64,000 bases of DNA from Bacteroidales bacterium. GTDB lineage: Bacteria > Bacteroidota > Bacteroidia > Bacteroidales > GWA2-32-17. The position numbers were made by a program, and so were the translations under genes. The stretch spans positions 24,484 through 88,483 of the forward strand of contig JABUFC010000002.1 in NCBI GenBank assembly GCA_013314715.1. The letters are read 5' to 3'. This document shows positions 39,546-49,645 of the stretch, piece by piece (position 1 is the stretch's first letter; each line of letters opens with the position of its first letter). The notes under the pieces were generated by a model. It was not told the origin of the DNA, made no database searches, and worked only from the letters and a program-made list of their open reading frames with translations.

Positions 39546-40758
39546 ATACTTTTGCCGATGAAATGATATTTTTCTTTTTTAATAAATCATTATATAATAC
39601 TGAAACATCTGATACTAAGCGATTATAATCAAATTTTTTTAATACATAATCACGTGCATTGCTTTGCATTTTGTTTCGTAATTCATCATCATTAATAAGT
39701 TTAATCATATTTTCAATAAATTCTTCTTCGTTGTTAACATTGGCTAAAAGTATAGATTCGCCTACCAATGATATATCTTTAATGCCACCTACATTGGTAC
39801 TTACAATGGGCTTACCTGCTGCCTGAGCTTCAATAAGGCTAACTGGAGTTCCTTCGTTGAGCGATGTTAGAGCTACAATATCTACACCTGCATATACATA
39901 ATCTACATTTTTAACCCAGCTTAAAAAACGAATATCAGGTTTTAAAGTTGTTGAACCATTAGGACTTATAACTAAATTGAGTTGATGAGCTAATGTTTCA
40001 ATTTGAGATCGTGACTGCCCATCACCTACAATAAAAGCTCTAATTTTTCTACCTGTTTGTTCTTTTGCACGAGCAATTGCTTTAATAAATAATTGATGAT
40101 TTTTTATCGGCACCAATCGTCCTACAATGGCTATAGCTATTTCATCGTTATCAAGATGATTTTCTTTACGAAATATATAACGCTTTTCGGGTTGATTATA
40201 TATAAATCGTTGTAAATCTAAACCTAATGGAATAACTTTTATTTTATTTTCGGGTGCAATTTCGAATACATGGCTTAATTCTTTTTTTTGTGATTGACTT
40301 ATAGCAATAATGGCATCGGTTTTAGAAGCTAAATAACGTTCAATTTTTATGAAAGCTTTAGTCTTTATGCTGTTAAAATAAGAATGAAAAACATGTCCAT
40401 GAAAAGTATGAACGACAACCGGGACCCCCATATCAAATGCTGCTTTGCGACCTAACATGCCCGCTTTTGAAGCGTGAGTATGAACAATATCTGGATTAAA
40501 TTCTTTTATAATTTTTTTTATTCGCCGATAAGCTTGTAAATCGTTAAAACCATTTATTGAGCGACGCATTTCTGGAAGAATTAAAGCATGAATGCCCAAA
40601 TTGTTTAAAATAAATTCTGAACTTTCTTCGTCGTCTTCATGAATACCTCCTATTAACAACGTATCGAAGTCAGGATACAGAAACTTTGTTAGATATGCAG
40701 CATTAAATGTTGGACCACCTAAATTAAATCGATTAACAATTCGCAAAACACGTTTCAT
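39538..40758 (-). CDS. GT4-family glycosyltransferase
   Basis: GT-B fold pattern with the C-terminal EGTPVSLIEAQAAGKPIVSTNVGG (EX7E-type) motif. Confidence 0.8.
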   Translation of the reverse strand: MKRVLRIVNRFNLGGPTFNAAYLTKFLYPDFDTLLIGGIHEDDEESSEFILNNLGIHALILPEMRRSINGFNDLQAYRRIKKIIKEFNPDIVHTHASKAGMLGRKAAFDMGVPVVVHTFHGHVFHSYFNSIKTKAFIKIERYLASKTDAIIAISQSQKKELSHVFEIAPENKIKVIPLGLDLQRFIYNQPEKRYIFRKENHLDNDEIAIAIVGRLVPIKNHQLFIKAIARAKEQTGRKIRAFIVGDGQSRSQIETLAHQLNLVISPNGSTTLKPDIRFLSWVKNVDYVYAGVDIVALTSLNEGTPVSLIEAQAAGKPIVSTNVGGIKDISLVGESILLANVNNEEEFIENMIKLINDDELRNKMQSNARDYVLKKFDYNRLVSDVSVLYNDLLKKKNIISSAKVFA

Positions 40759-40840
40759 AATTACAAAGATAATTTATTTTTATATACGTAGAAATACGTT
40801 TTTTATTAATTGAATTTTATGAAATTATAAATTTTAATGA

Positions 40841-42712
40841 TTAACGGTATTTATTTATATACCAATATTGAAAAACTATAAGGTTCCATAAATGAAACGC
40901 TGAATCTGCTGGGTTAAAACTTCGTAACTGAGCAATTAAATTATTTACAGAGTTAATATTAAATAAGTTATGCTTTGTTAAGGCTTCTTTGCTAAGATAT
41001 TGACTAATAAGAAAATTTAAATCGTTTTGTAACCATTGTTGCATAGGTACTTCAAAACCATGCTTAGGCTTTAAGAGAGTTTCTTTGGGCAATAAATTTC
41101 CAAATACTTGTTTTAAAATATACTTCTGTGAACCATTACGAATTTTATAATGACTAGGCAATGAAACTACAAAATTTACAGTTTCATGATCGAGCATGGG
41201 TACACGTGCTTCAAGTGAATGCATCATACTCATGCTATCTGTTTTAAAAAGCATATCGTTGGGTAACACCAAATGCATATCGTTATAGAGTATATCGTTT
41301 AAAGTGTATGCAGGAGTTGGTAAAAGTGTTTTAATCCAATGTTCAGGTGAATAATGGATGTGATTTAATAATTTTTTTATTTGTGGTTCCGTCATAAAAC
41401 TTGCCCAATGCCAATATCGATATTCGGCAGAAAGCTTTAAACCTTCGTTTAACTTATGAATTTGACGTATTTTATTAGAGAAAAAATTTTTTCGGGAAGA
41501 CGGAAAAACTTTTAATAAATAATCAAGTAAGTCAATAATTTTTCGATATCGATAATTTTGAATTACCCATTGATGAGCCTTGTGCTTATTATAACCACCA
41601 TACAACTCATCAGCGCCATCGCCCGAAAGTGCAACAACAATATGCTGTCGGGTATATCTTGCTAAAGCAGAAACAGCTATTGCAGAACTATCGGCAAAAG
41701 GTTCGTCTATATATTCAAGCAAATCATAAATATTATCCAATAACATTTTATGCGAAACTGGAATGGTATGGTGATTCGTACCTAGATAATGAGCCACTTT
41801 TTCGGCATCTTTCGATTCATCAAGAAAAGAATTTTCTTGAAAAAGTATTGTAAATGTTTCTAGATTGGGCTTATATTGCTTTGCGATAGCAGTAATAATG
41901 CTAGAATCTATGCCTCCACTCAAAAATGTGCCTAATGGGACATCGGCTATTAAACGACGTTGAACAGCATCTGTAAAAAGTTGCTTAAATTTTTTAAAAA
42001 TAGTTTGTTCGTTATATACCTTATCATTTTCTTCAAATGGAATAGAATAATAGTGCTGCTTGCTTATTCCTTTTGATGAGAAAATTAGATAATGAGCTGG
42101 TTCTAGTTTTTTTATTTCGTTGTATATGGTATATGGCGATGGTATATAATTCAATCGCAAATATAATTCTAATGCATCAGACGAAATAGATAATGATTGT
42201 TTTAAAAAAGGTAAAATACCTTTAATTTCCGATGAAAAGATAAATTGACCCTGATGGTAATAATAAACCAGTGGTTTTATTCCAAAACGGTCGCGAGCTA
42301 TTGTAAGCTCGTTTTTAGATTTATCATAAATAGCAAAAGCAAAATCACCATTTAAATATTGAAGGCAAGCGATGCCCCAATGAATAAATGCATAAAGTAC
42401 TACTTCGGTATCCGATTCGGTTCTGAAGACAAATCCATGTTTTTGGAGTTGTTGGCGTAATTCGCGAAAATTATATATTTCACCATTAAATACAATTGTG
42501 AAATTTCCCGACAAATCGCTAAAAGGCTGATTTGCTTTAGCCGATGTATCGATAATAGCTAAACGGGCATGCCCAAGAGCTACATTATTATCGATAATAT
42601 ATGATTGGTAGTCAGGACCTCGCTTCGATAACTCTTTAATTGCAGATTGGATATTGTTTTGGTAATCGGCAATCGAATTTTGAAAATCGGCTATGCCAAC
42701 AATTCCACACAT
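40841..42712 (-). CDS. asnB: Asparagine synthase (glutamine-hydrolysing) family amidotransferase
   Basis: N-terminal nucleophile MCGIVG and the PP-loop SGGIDSS. Confidence 0.85.
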   Translation of the reverse strand: MCGIVGIADFQNSIADYQNNIQSAIKELSKRGPDYQSYIIDNNVALGHARLAIIDTSAKANQPFSDLSGNFTIVFNGEIYNFRELRQQLQKHGFVFRTESDTEVVLYAFIHWGIACLQYLNGDFAFAIYDKSKNELTIARDRFGIKPLVYYYHQGQFIFSSEIKGILPFLKQSLSISSDALELYLRLNYIPSPYTIYNEIKKLEPAHYLIFSSKGISKQHYYSIPFEENDKVYNEQTIFKKFKQLFTDAVQRRLIADVPLGTFLSGGIDSSIITAIAKQYKPNLETFTILFQENSFLDESKDAEKVAHYLGTNHHTIPVSHKMLLDNIYDLLEYIDEPFADSSAIAVSALARYTRQHIVVALSGDGADELYGGYNKHKAHQWVIQNYRYRKIIDLLDYLLKVFPSSRKNFFSNKIRQIHKLNEGLKLSAEYRYWHWASFMTEPQIKKLLNHIHYSPEHWIKTLLPTPAYTLNDILYNDMHLVLPNDMLFKTDSMSMMHSLEARVPMLDHETVNFVVSLPSHYKIRNGSQKYILKQVFGNLLPKETLLKPKHGFEVPMQQWLQNDLNFLISQYLSKEALTKHNLFNINSVNNLIAQLRSFNPADSAFHLWNLIVFQYWYINKYR

Positions 42713-42715
42713 AAT

Positions 42716-44116
42716 TTATTCGTCTTGCAAAAACATTGGATCCCAAGGGGGTAACTTAATGGGAGTTTGCTTCAATATGTCTAAAATTTTTGTATCTACA
42801 AAATCTTTTTTTACTGCTAAACGAAACATATATTCATTAAACCACTCATCAGTAATTACGAGATAACCATTAAAACCACTCGAAGCTCCCCAACTATTTT
42901 CAACCAACCATTTTGTTGGCTTATCGTTGTTATCGGTATCTGCTCCCACCAAAGCCATTCCATGCGACGAGCCACTCTCAAATGATTGAATACGACTTTT
43001 TTTGTCCATATTAAAGCTTATACCGTACAAAGTTGAGTAATCATAATTTTGAACAGATAATAAACCTTTGTCTATATTTAGCTGCTTTCCTACATCGCAC
43101 GAGAAGTACATAACTTCATTAGCCTTTATCGATTTAAGAGCAATTTGCTTTATCTCTTCTATCGGAAGATTAATATAAACCCAATTTAAACCTTCAACAG
43201 TATTTCTATCGTATTCTATTTCATATGTTTTAAAATATTCTCGCGATGGATCATTCATTAACTGAACATATTGACTAGATGCAAAATCGGGAATCATTTC
43301 TTTTAAAAAGCTTTGAGGAGTATATGTTTTATATTCAGTAATTTTATCATCTTTGGTTTTGTAACGCCATATAAATTGTTTTGGAGGTGTGCCCAAATGA
43401 TAAGTCAGTATTTTATAAACCTCAAACAACATTGTTTTTTTACGTTCACGTAACTGATTTAAAGTCTGCTTTTGGGCACTTAATTTTCGAAGTTCTAATA
43501 TAAACTCACGAATTTTATATGAAAGTATAGCATTTAATTGCGATGTATTTTCGCTGTGATATGTTTCGGGCATAATTTCTTTAGGAACAGCACCATATTT
43601 ATCTAATAGATTTACTAATGAAGTCCATACACCCCCATCGCCAATAGGATTTTTTAAAAGCCACTCAACCGTTTTATCATCGATAGGTTTTGCAACTGTT
43701 TCAATACCAATTTCCAAAGCTAAATTAGCCTTTTCGAGCATATCATAAAAAAATAGATAGTTGGTGCTAAATTCAAAATTGTTAATATTTAACTTTTTAA
43801 TAACTTTTGGACGTAAAATATTTAAACCCGTAAACATCCAACAACGTCCAGATTTTTTTTGGTCAGTGATACCGCTCACCTCAGCTTTATATTTAAAATT
43901 ATAGTCAAGCTTTCCGAGTTGTTCTCTATTCAAAGATAACGTTTTAAGGTCAGTATTAGAAATAGCATTAACTTTTGCTTTTGTTTCTGGCAATGTTTGA
44001 ATTTTCAATTGCCATTGTTCTAAATCTGTAGCAGTTATTTGCTTTTCAGATTGTGCTAATAATACTGAACTATAAATTACAAAAATAACAAACCCATATT
44101 TTTTCATATGCAACAA
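42716..44116 (-). CDS. pepC: Aminopeptidase C / bleomycin hydrolase (C1B cysteine peptidase), secreted form
   Basis: Signal peptide. Catalytic Cys in QKKSGRCWMF, His in SSHGMALVG and Asn in ENSWG. Confidence 0.85.
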   Translation of the reverse strand: MLHMKKYGFVIFVIYSSVLLAQSEKQITATDLEQWQLKIQTLPETKAKVNAISNTDLKTLSLNREQLGKLDYNFKYKAEVSGITDQKKSGRCWMFTGLNILRPKVIKKLNINNFEFSTNYLFFYDMLEKANLALEIGIETVAKPIDDKTVEWLLKNPIGDGGVWTSLVNLLDKYGAVPKEIMPETYHSENTSQLNAILSYKIREFILELRKLSAQKQTLNQLRERKKTMLFEVYKILTYHLGTPPKQFIWRYKTKDDKITEYKTYTPQSFLKEMIPDFASSQYVQLMNDPSREYFKTYEIEYDRNTVEGLNWVYINLPIEEIKQIALKSIKANEVMYFSCDVGKQLNIDKGLLSVQNYDYSTLYGISFNMDKKSRIQSFESGSSHGMALVGADTDNNDKPTKWLVENSWGASSGFNGYLVITDEWFNEYMFRLAVKKDFVDTKILDILKQTPIKLPPWDPMFLQDE

Positions 44117-44779
44117 TTATTTTAATCGTTTTAAATAACTACGAATTACTGTAAACAATGGTGGCATAAGCGAAATAATAATAATGGTAATAACCACCAC
44201 CGAAAAATGATTCTTTACCCACGGATGATTGGCAAATAGATATCCGAACCAACCGAAAAAATTCACCCACAAAACATTACTAATGAAACTAAACGATAAA
44301 AACCTTATATAAAACATTTTACCCACTCCAGCCACAAAAGGAGCAAAGGTTCGGATTATGGGCATAAATCTTGCGAATATCAATGTTTTACCACCATGTT
44401 TTTCATAAAAATCGTGTGTTTTATCTAAATTTTTTCGACTTATCAATTTATAATTTTTTTCATAGACTTTTTCGCCTAAAAAGCGTCCTATCCAATAATT
44501 GGTATTATCGCCTATAAAGGCAGCACTAAAAAACACAAGAATCAATAAGCCTATGCCTAAGGGGCTGTTATCGGTTGCTGCTAAGGCACCAGCCGCAAAT
44601 ATTAAGCTATCGCCTGGCAAAAAAGGAGTAACTACCAAACCGGTTTCGCAAAAAACAATTACAAAAAGTATTAAATATGTCCATGTTTCGTAGTTTGCTA
44701 CAATCTCAACCAAATGTTTATCAATGTGCAAAACAAAATCAATAAACCAGTGTATAAAGTCCATCATTTTTTTCAACAA
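44117..44779 (-). CDS. DedA-family membrane protein
   Basis: The pattern VVTPFLPGDSLIFAAG…R…IIRTFAPFVAG is typical of DedA/SNARE-associated proteins. Confidence 0.85.
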   Translation of the reverse strand: MLKKMMDFIHWFIDFVLHIDKHLVEIVANYETWTYLILFVIVFCETGLVVTPFLPGDSLIFAAGALAATDNSPLGIGLLILVFFSAAFIGDNTNYWIGRFLGEKVYEKNYKLISRKNLDKTHDFYEKHGGKTLIFARFMPIIRTFAPFVAGVGKMFYIRFLSFSFISNVLWVNFFGWFGYLFANHPWVKNHFSVVVITIIIISLMPPLFTVIRSYLKRLK

Positions 44780-44837
44780 ACATAGTAATATTTGAATTTA
44801 TTAACAAATAATCATAGCATTTCGTTTGTAAAAAGCT

Positions 44838-44845
44838 TATTTTTG
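44838..44845 (+). promoter_or_regulatory. -7 promoter box (TATTTTTG)
   Basis: It matches TAnnTTTG only 6 nt before the ATG at 44852. It lies inside the TTG-started extension proposed by the ORF track. Confidence 0.35.
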
Positions 44846-44851
44846 CATCGT

Positions 44852-46108
44852 ATGAGAAAGTACATTTTATTTTTAATTATCGTTTTTAGCGTTCAGCTCT
44901 CTCAAGCTTCATATCTATTGATACCCATGGACGAAACTCAAACCGACCATTTAAAAGCTTATGGTATAACCTATTGGGTTTTGCAAAATGAATTAGAAGT
45001 ACAATGGTTGTTAAACTATCGTGGTGGTAGTTTTTTAATCCAGCACCATGTTAAAATTCAAAACGAATGTAATATTCGAGGCGTTAGTTACGAAGTAATT
45101 ACCGATGCTAAGGCTGCTCAAATATTAGACGAAATTTCACATCCTGATGTCAATATGGATGTGGTAAAATTGCAGAAAGCAGCTAAGATTGCGGTATATG
45201 CTCCCCCAAACAAATTGCCATGGGACGATGCAGTTATGCTTGTGCTCACCTATGCCGAAATACCTTACGATTTAATTTATGACGAACAAATTATTCGCAG
45301 CGAATTATCAAAATACGATTGGTTGCACTTACACCACGAAGATTTCACCGGACAATTCGGCAAATTTTGGTCGGCATATCAAAATACACAATGGTACCGA
45401 GACGATGTTGAACGACAAATGGAAACCGCCCAGAAATTTGGTTTTCAGAAAGTTTCGCAATTAAAGCTTTTAGTTGCTAAAACCATTAAGCAATATGTTT
45501 TCAACGGCGGTTTTTTGTTTGCTATGTGCTCAGCAACCGACACCTACGATATTGCTCTCGCAGCCGAAAGCACCGATATTTGCGAAACGCCATTCGACGG
45601 CGACCCTGCCGACCCAAATGCTCAAGCTAAACTCAATTACGACAACTGTCTGGCTTTTCGCAATTTTAAAGTTATTACCAATCCTTACGAATACGAACAT
45701 TCTGATATAGACGTATCGCATACCCGCAAAATAAAACAAGAAGACGATTATTTTACCTTATTCGATTTTTCTGCTAAATGGGACCCTGTACCTACTATGC
45801 TTTGTCAAAATCATGAAAACCTAATTAAGGGATTTATGGGGCAATCTACCGCCTTTAAAAAAGATTATGTAAAACCCAATGTGCTCATTATGGGCGAAAA
45901 TAAAGCGCTCAACGAAGTTCGCTATTTATACGGCATACATGGCAAAGGCTTTTTTACCTTCTATGGTGGACACGATCCCGAAGATTACCAACACTTTGTT
46001 TACGACCCTCCTACCAAACTCGAACTATATAAAAATTCTGCCGGATATCGACTTATATTAAATAATGTACTTTTCCCTTCGGCAAAAAAGAAAAAGTTAA
46101 AAACATAA
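44852..46108 (+). CDS. Conserved secreted protein of unknown function
   Basis: Start at the ATG that gives the signal peptide MRKYILFLIIVFSVQLSQA. N-terminus is LLIPMDETQTDHLKAYGITYWVLQN. I believe homologues in Bacteroidota are sometimes labelled asparagine synthetase B, but no AsnB motifs are visible. Confidence 0.4.
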   Translation: MRKYILFLIIVFSVQLSQASYLLIPMDETQTDHLKAYGITYWVLQNELEVQWLLNYRGGSFLIQHHVKIQNECNIRGVSYEVITDAKAAQILDEISHPDVNMDVVKLQKAAKIAVYAPPNKLPWDDAVMLVLTYAEIPYDLIYDEQIIRSELSKYDWLHLHHEDFTGQFGKFWSAYQNTQWYRDDVERQMETAQKFGFQKVSQLKLLVAKTIKQYVFNGGFLFAMCSATDTYDIALAAESTDICETPFDGDPADPNAQAKLNYDNCLAFRNFKVITNPYEYEHSDIDVSHTRKIKQEDDYFTLFDFSAKWDPVPTMLCQNHENLIKGFMGQSTAFKKDYVKPNVLIMGENKALNEVRYLYGIHGKGFFTFYGGHDPEDYQHFVYDPPTKLELYKNSAGYRLILNNVLFPSAKKKKLKT

Positions 46109-46109
46109 G

Positions 46110-48416
46110 CTATTCAATAATCAGCTTGGTTCGATAACATGTTTTATCTGTTTCAACACTTATCAAATAAATGCCCTCTAACTTCATTGTTAAATCTACC
46201 TCAACATAATCGGAATAATGGTTAAAAGGTAAATCAGACTGATTCCCGAACATATCTATCAATGTAACGCGACGAATGTTTTCAGTTGCTCCATATATCT
46301 TACATTTATTTTTAACCGGATTGGGAACAACTCTTATTTCTGTATTATTTATATGGTTGGCTATATTATTCATAAAATGGACCTTAAACCAGATAGGATT
46401 GGTAGTGGCAAAAAATCGTTTATGAGTTCTACGATAAATAAGACTTTCGTATAGTGTGTAATCTTTCGAACAATACCATTCCGCTCTCACAGCGAAGTAT
46501 TTATCGTATGGTGAATTTATTCCTAAAGCTTGAAATAGATCTGCTAGCGTCATATTCCAAGGGAAATTTACTACAGGAGTAATATATTCATAAACAGTAT
46601 CTTGTGAATATAAAAATATTATTAATTGTTCAGGTTGTCCAAAATAACGATTGGTATAACCCTGCACATGGAGCATAGTAGCACTTAGGTTGTTATTCCA
46701 TATTTCGATATCATCGCCAACAATAGCCGTATCATTAGGGCTTATAAGCGTCATATTCACCACCGGACCTTCCGAAAGCAAACAATGTCCATCTTTCAAT
46801 GCTTGCAATACATATTCTCCTTGTGTCCCCATCCCATTAGGAGCATAAACATAAGTAGCCAAAGCACCTGGATAATTTTCTTCCATAGCACCATTTAAAC
46901 CACCGTAAAAATAATCGGTTGATGAATAATTAAAAGAGCCATGAGCATCGCTTCCGGCTGATAAAAACAATTTCCAATGCTGAATAGCATGATTTTGATT
47001 TTTTAACCTCAAGCCTCTACGCAGCAAAAAGCTATATGCTTCCTGATTTTGTTTATATCGATAATGCGTATGCATATAATTTGATTCGGACATATCGAAG
47101 AATCCAAAAGGTTCATCATTTTTTTCAACATTCCAAGGATCTCTTTCAGTATCGGTGCAAGTAAGCATATTCGATAAATTCAAATTTTGAAGCCCCATGA
47201 TTGGAGTTTTAAACACTTCGCTATCAGCTTGGGTATAGATATCAGAATGAAAAGTTAAATCATTCCAAATAACGGTTCCAACTGACAGAGCTGGCTGTCC
47301 ATTGATAGGCGACAAGCTATCGCCCAAATTCCACACACTACCATTTACAATGGCAGAAAGTGCATCACCCTCGGAAAAAGGATGAGCAGCATAGCAAAAA
47401 CCATGATATTTTCGTAATGAATCGAGCATCATGTTAATATTTATATTGGTCGAAGACAGGTCGCCCCCACCATCGAAAATATAGGGTAGCGAAAATGGCT
47501 GTTGCGGATTTGGATATACCAAGGCATGTACTACTTTACCTTGGCTGTTTTTTACCGATGCTTCAATACCTCGAATAAAAATAAAGTTATTCCCCAATAA
47601 ATTTAATGTAGTAACTGCATTTCCTAAATTCTGCCAGTTTTGTGCCATACCTTGTCCATAATTATCAAAATCGCAACTATGGTCGGTTATGGTTATCCAA
47701 TCGAGTCCTAAATAAGTCGCTGCTACTTTTGTAGCCTCTAATGGAAAACCATTTTCAGCATTATTTTGTGTACAAACTGCATGTAAATGAGTATCGCCTC
47801 TATACCAATTTGGCAGTTTAATAATAGCATTTTTTTTAACAAAAACCCTAAACCAAAATTCTTCGTCCAAGTCATTGTCGATGCTTGCATAAACATGCAT
47901 ATCTATAACACTATCGCTATCGAGATAATAAGACCAAACGCTATATGGAATATTAAAATTAAAATAAAAATAATGCTGTGTTATATGAACTACTGGTATC
48001 TCAGGAACCCACCAATTGGTATCGGCAGTAAAAAGTATGGTATGTTCAGTATCGTTGTATGGTTTTGAATCTAAAAACGATTGGCTATCCCAGTTGGCAT
48101 CCTGCAAAGAATAAGCTGAAAATAAAGACATATAAGCCTGATACAATAAAGTATCAAAAACAATAGGAGCATCAAAATTACTTTGATTGTATGATTTTAA
48201 ACGAATGTCGATATAATTTAAATCGTTCGAACAATTAGTGCATTCACTTTCGTGAACATAAACTGTAACCGGTATTACACTATCTTTTGCAATATCAATA
48301 AACGTTGGAACATCGATAAAAAAATCGGAACCTGGTGTGTTGTTTTGCTTTTGAGCATAGGTAGTATAAAACATACTTAGAAAAAGAAATAGATAAACAA
48401 TCTTCATGTTTTTCAA
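46110..48416 (-). CDS. T9SS-secreted PHP/CehA-McbA-like metallohydrolase-domain protein
   Basis: Signal peptide. PHP-type His/Asp clusters (GDTHLHAV; ITDHSCDFD; HALVYP; AAHPF; AGSDAHG). T9SS-type C-terminus (VVPNPVKNKCKIY…GIYLISV…KLIIE). Confidence 0.6.
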   Translation of the reverse strand: MKNMKIVYLFLFLSMFYTTYAQKQNNTPGSDFFIDVPTFIDIAKDSVIPVTVYVHESECTNCSNDLNYIDIRLKSYNQSNFDAPIVFDTLLYQAYMSLFSAYSLQDANWDSQSFLDSKPYNDTEHTILFTADTNWWVPEIPVVHITQHYFYFNFNIPYSVWSYYLDSDSVIDMHVYASIDNDLDEEFWFRVFVKKNAIIKLPNWYRGDTHLHAVCTQNNAENGFPLEATKVAATYLGLDWITITDHSCDFDNYGQGMAQNWQNLGNAVTTLNLLGNNFIFIRGIEASVKNSQGKVVHALVYPNPQQPFSLPYIFDGGGDLSSTNININMMLDSLRKYHGFCYAAHPFSEGDALSAIVNGSVWNLGDSLSPINGQPALSVGTVIWNDLTFHSDIYTQADSEVFKTPIMGLQNLNLSNMLTCTDTERDPWNVEKNDEPFGFFDMSESNYMHTHYRYKQNQEAYSFLLRRGLRLKNQNHAIQHWKLFLSAGSDAHGSFNYSSTDYFYGGLNGAMEENYPGALATYVYAPNGMGTQGEYVLQALKDGHCLLSEGPVVNMTLISPNDTAIVGDDIEIWNNNLSATMLHVQGYTNRYFGQPEQLIIFLYSQDTVYEYITPVVNFPWNMTLADLFQALGINSPYDKYFAVRAEWYCSKDYTLYESLIYRRTHKRFFATTNPIWFKVHFMNNIANHINNTEIRVVPNPVKNKCKIYGATENIRRVTLIDMFGNQSDLPFNHYSDYVEVDLTMKLEGIYLISVETDKTCYRTKLIIE

Positions 48417-48715
48417 ATTTATTACAAAAGTAATATTAATTTGAATAAATAAGACAGTAAAATATCATAAAATAAAGTTCAATTTATTTTAATTATATTT
48501 GATAAAAAAAATATTTTATAGTTCAATAAACTATATAAATAGTCGATAAGAATGTAAAAAAAATGTAAAAATAACTCTTATATAAGATGGTTCTTAAACC
48601 AGCACTTATATCAATAACATTTTGTATTAATAAGATATCAGTTCTAAAATGCGATTGTTTAAGAGTTATTTTGCTTGTTTAATGTCATCGAATTGATAAA
48701 AATAAGTTTGTAATA

Positions 48716-49096
48716 TCAATGGTGGTGATGATGGTGTCCATGATCGTGTCCGTGTGCATCATGATTACAACTGTTAGTATTTAATTGAAGTTTACCAGCA
48801 ATAAAATCATTAACTAATTTTTCGGGTGTTTCGACGGGTGCACCCATTAACACATTTACATTTAGAGCATTAAATAATGATATAGCATGTTGGCCTATGC
48901 CACCAACAATAACATCGGTAGCTCCATTATTAGCTACAAATCGAGGGAATGCCCCAGGTTGATGTTCAGGTGGGTCTAAAATAGTGATGTTGGTTATTTT
49001 ATCGTTTTCTACATCGACAAAGGCAAATGCCTCACAATGTCCAAAATGACCCGATAATACATTTCCTTCTAAAGGAATAGCAATTCTTTTTCTCAT
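48716..49096 (-). CDS. NifX/NifB-C-terminal-like (dinitrogenase FeMo-cofactor-binding domain family) protein with His-rich tail
   Basis: RIAIPLEGNVLSGHFGHCEAFAFVDV… is the family's HFG…F.i.d pattern. The C-terminus reads HDAHGHDHGHHHHHH. Confidence 0.7.
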   Translation of the reverse strand: MRKRIAIPLEGNVLSGHFGHCEAFAFVDVENDKITNITILDPPEHQPGAFPRFVANNGATDVIVGGIGQHAISLFNALNVNVLMGAPVETPEKLVNDFIAGKLQLNTNSCNHDAHGHDHGHHHHHH

Positions 49097-49123
49097 TTTT
49101 TTTCTTTTTTAATCGTTAGTAAA

Positions 49124-49312
49124 TTATATATTTAAAAGTCCGCTTTTTAAGCGTTTCCCTTTTCCTTTACCACCTTCGGATTGGCGTTTTTTGCCCATAC
49201 CCTTACCGAGTTTTTGTAATTTTTCTTCTTCAGACAAATCCGCACATTTTCCTAATTTTCGTCCAGTTTGAGAGCCATGCCCATCTGGACCAGTACCATC
49301 AAGTTTTGGCAT
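49124..49312 (-). CDS. DUF5320-family small protein
   Basis: MPKLDGTGPDGHGSQTGRKLGKC… followed by a Lys/Gly-rich tail. Start taken at the fourth codon of the ORF (ORF open to 49321). Confidence 0.55.
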   Translation of the reverse strand: MPKLDGTGPDGHGSQTGRKLGKCADLSEEEKLQKLGKGMGKKRQSEGGKGKGKRLKSGLLNI

Positions 49313-49323
49313 ACTATACAATT

Positions 49324-49641
49324 TTAATGGTTTAACATGTCAATAATATCATTTATCTTTTTTTCAACATCTTTTAAAACAATCATCTGAATTTTAAGTC
49401 TATCAATAGTTGGTTTTATTTTTATTCCGAAATCTCCTGATATAATTTTACTTACCTTACGCGAAGTTACCAATTTTAAAGCTGCTTGACCGGAACCTTC
49501 TGCTAAATCTTTAAAAGGATTAGGAATAAATTCTGTCGCTTTTGATTCCGTATCGTAAATTATAAAGTACTCGCAGCGTCCAAATTGTTGACAAATGTTT
49601 GAATCTAACGTATTTCCTGTTGAAGCAATAGCAACTCTCAT
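49324..49641 (-). CDS. NifX/NifB-C-terminal-like cluster-binding domain protein
   Basis: MRVAIASTGNTLDSNICQQFGRCEYFIIYD… Start at the ATG at 49641, 4 nt after the DUF134 stop (ORF open to 49680). Confidence 0.65.
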   Translation of the reverse strand: MRVAIASTGNTLDSNICQQFGRCEYFIIYDTESKATEFIPNPFKDLAEGSGQAALKLVTSRKVSKIISGDFGIKIKPTIDRLKIQMIVLKDVEKKINDIIDMLNH

Positions 49642-49645
49642 GTTA

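Noticed and set aside
48568-48672. 13-bp inverted repeat (AAAATAACTCTTA / TAAGAGTTATTTT) separated by 79 nt, downstream of the His-tailed NifX-like gene.
   Set aside because: The loop is far too long for an intrinsic terminator, and such short AT-rich inverted repeats are expected by chance in a 300-bp AT-rich spacer. It is worth checking only if RNA-seq shows a transcript.
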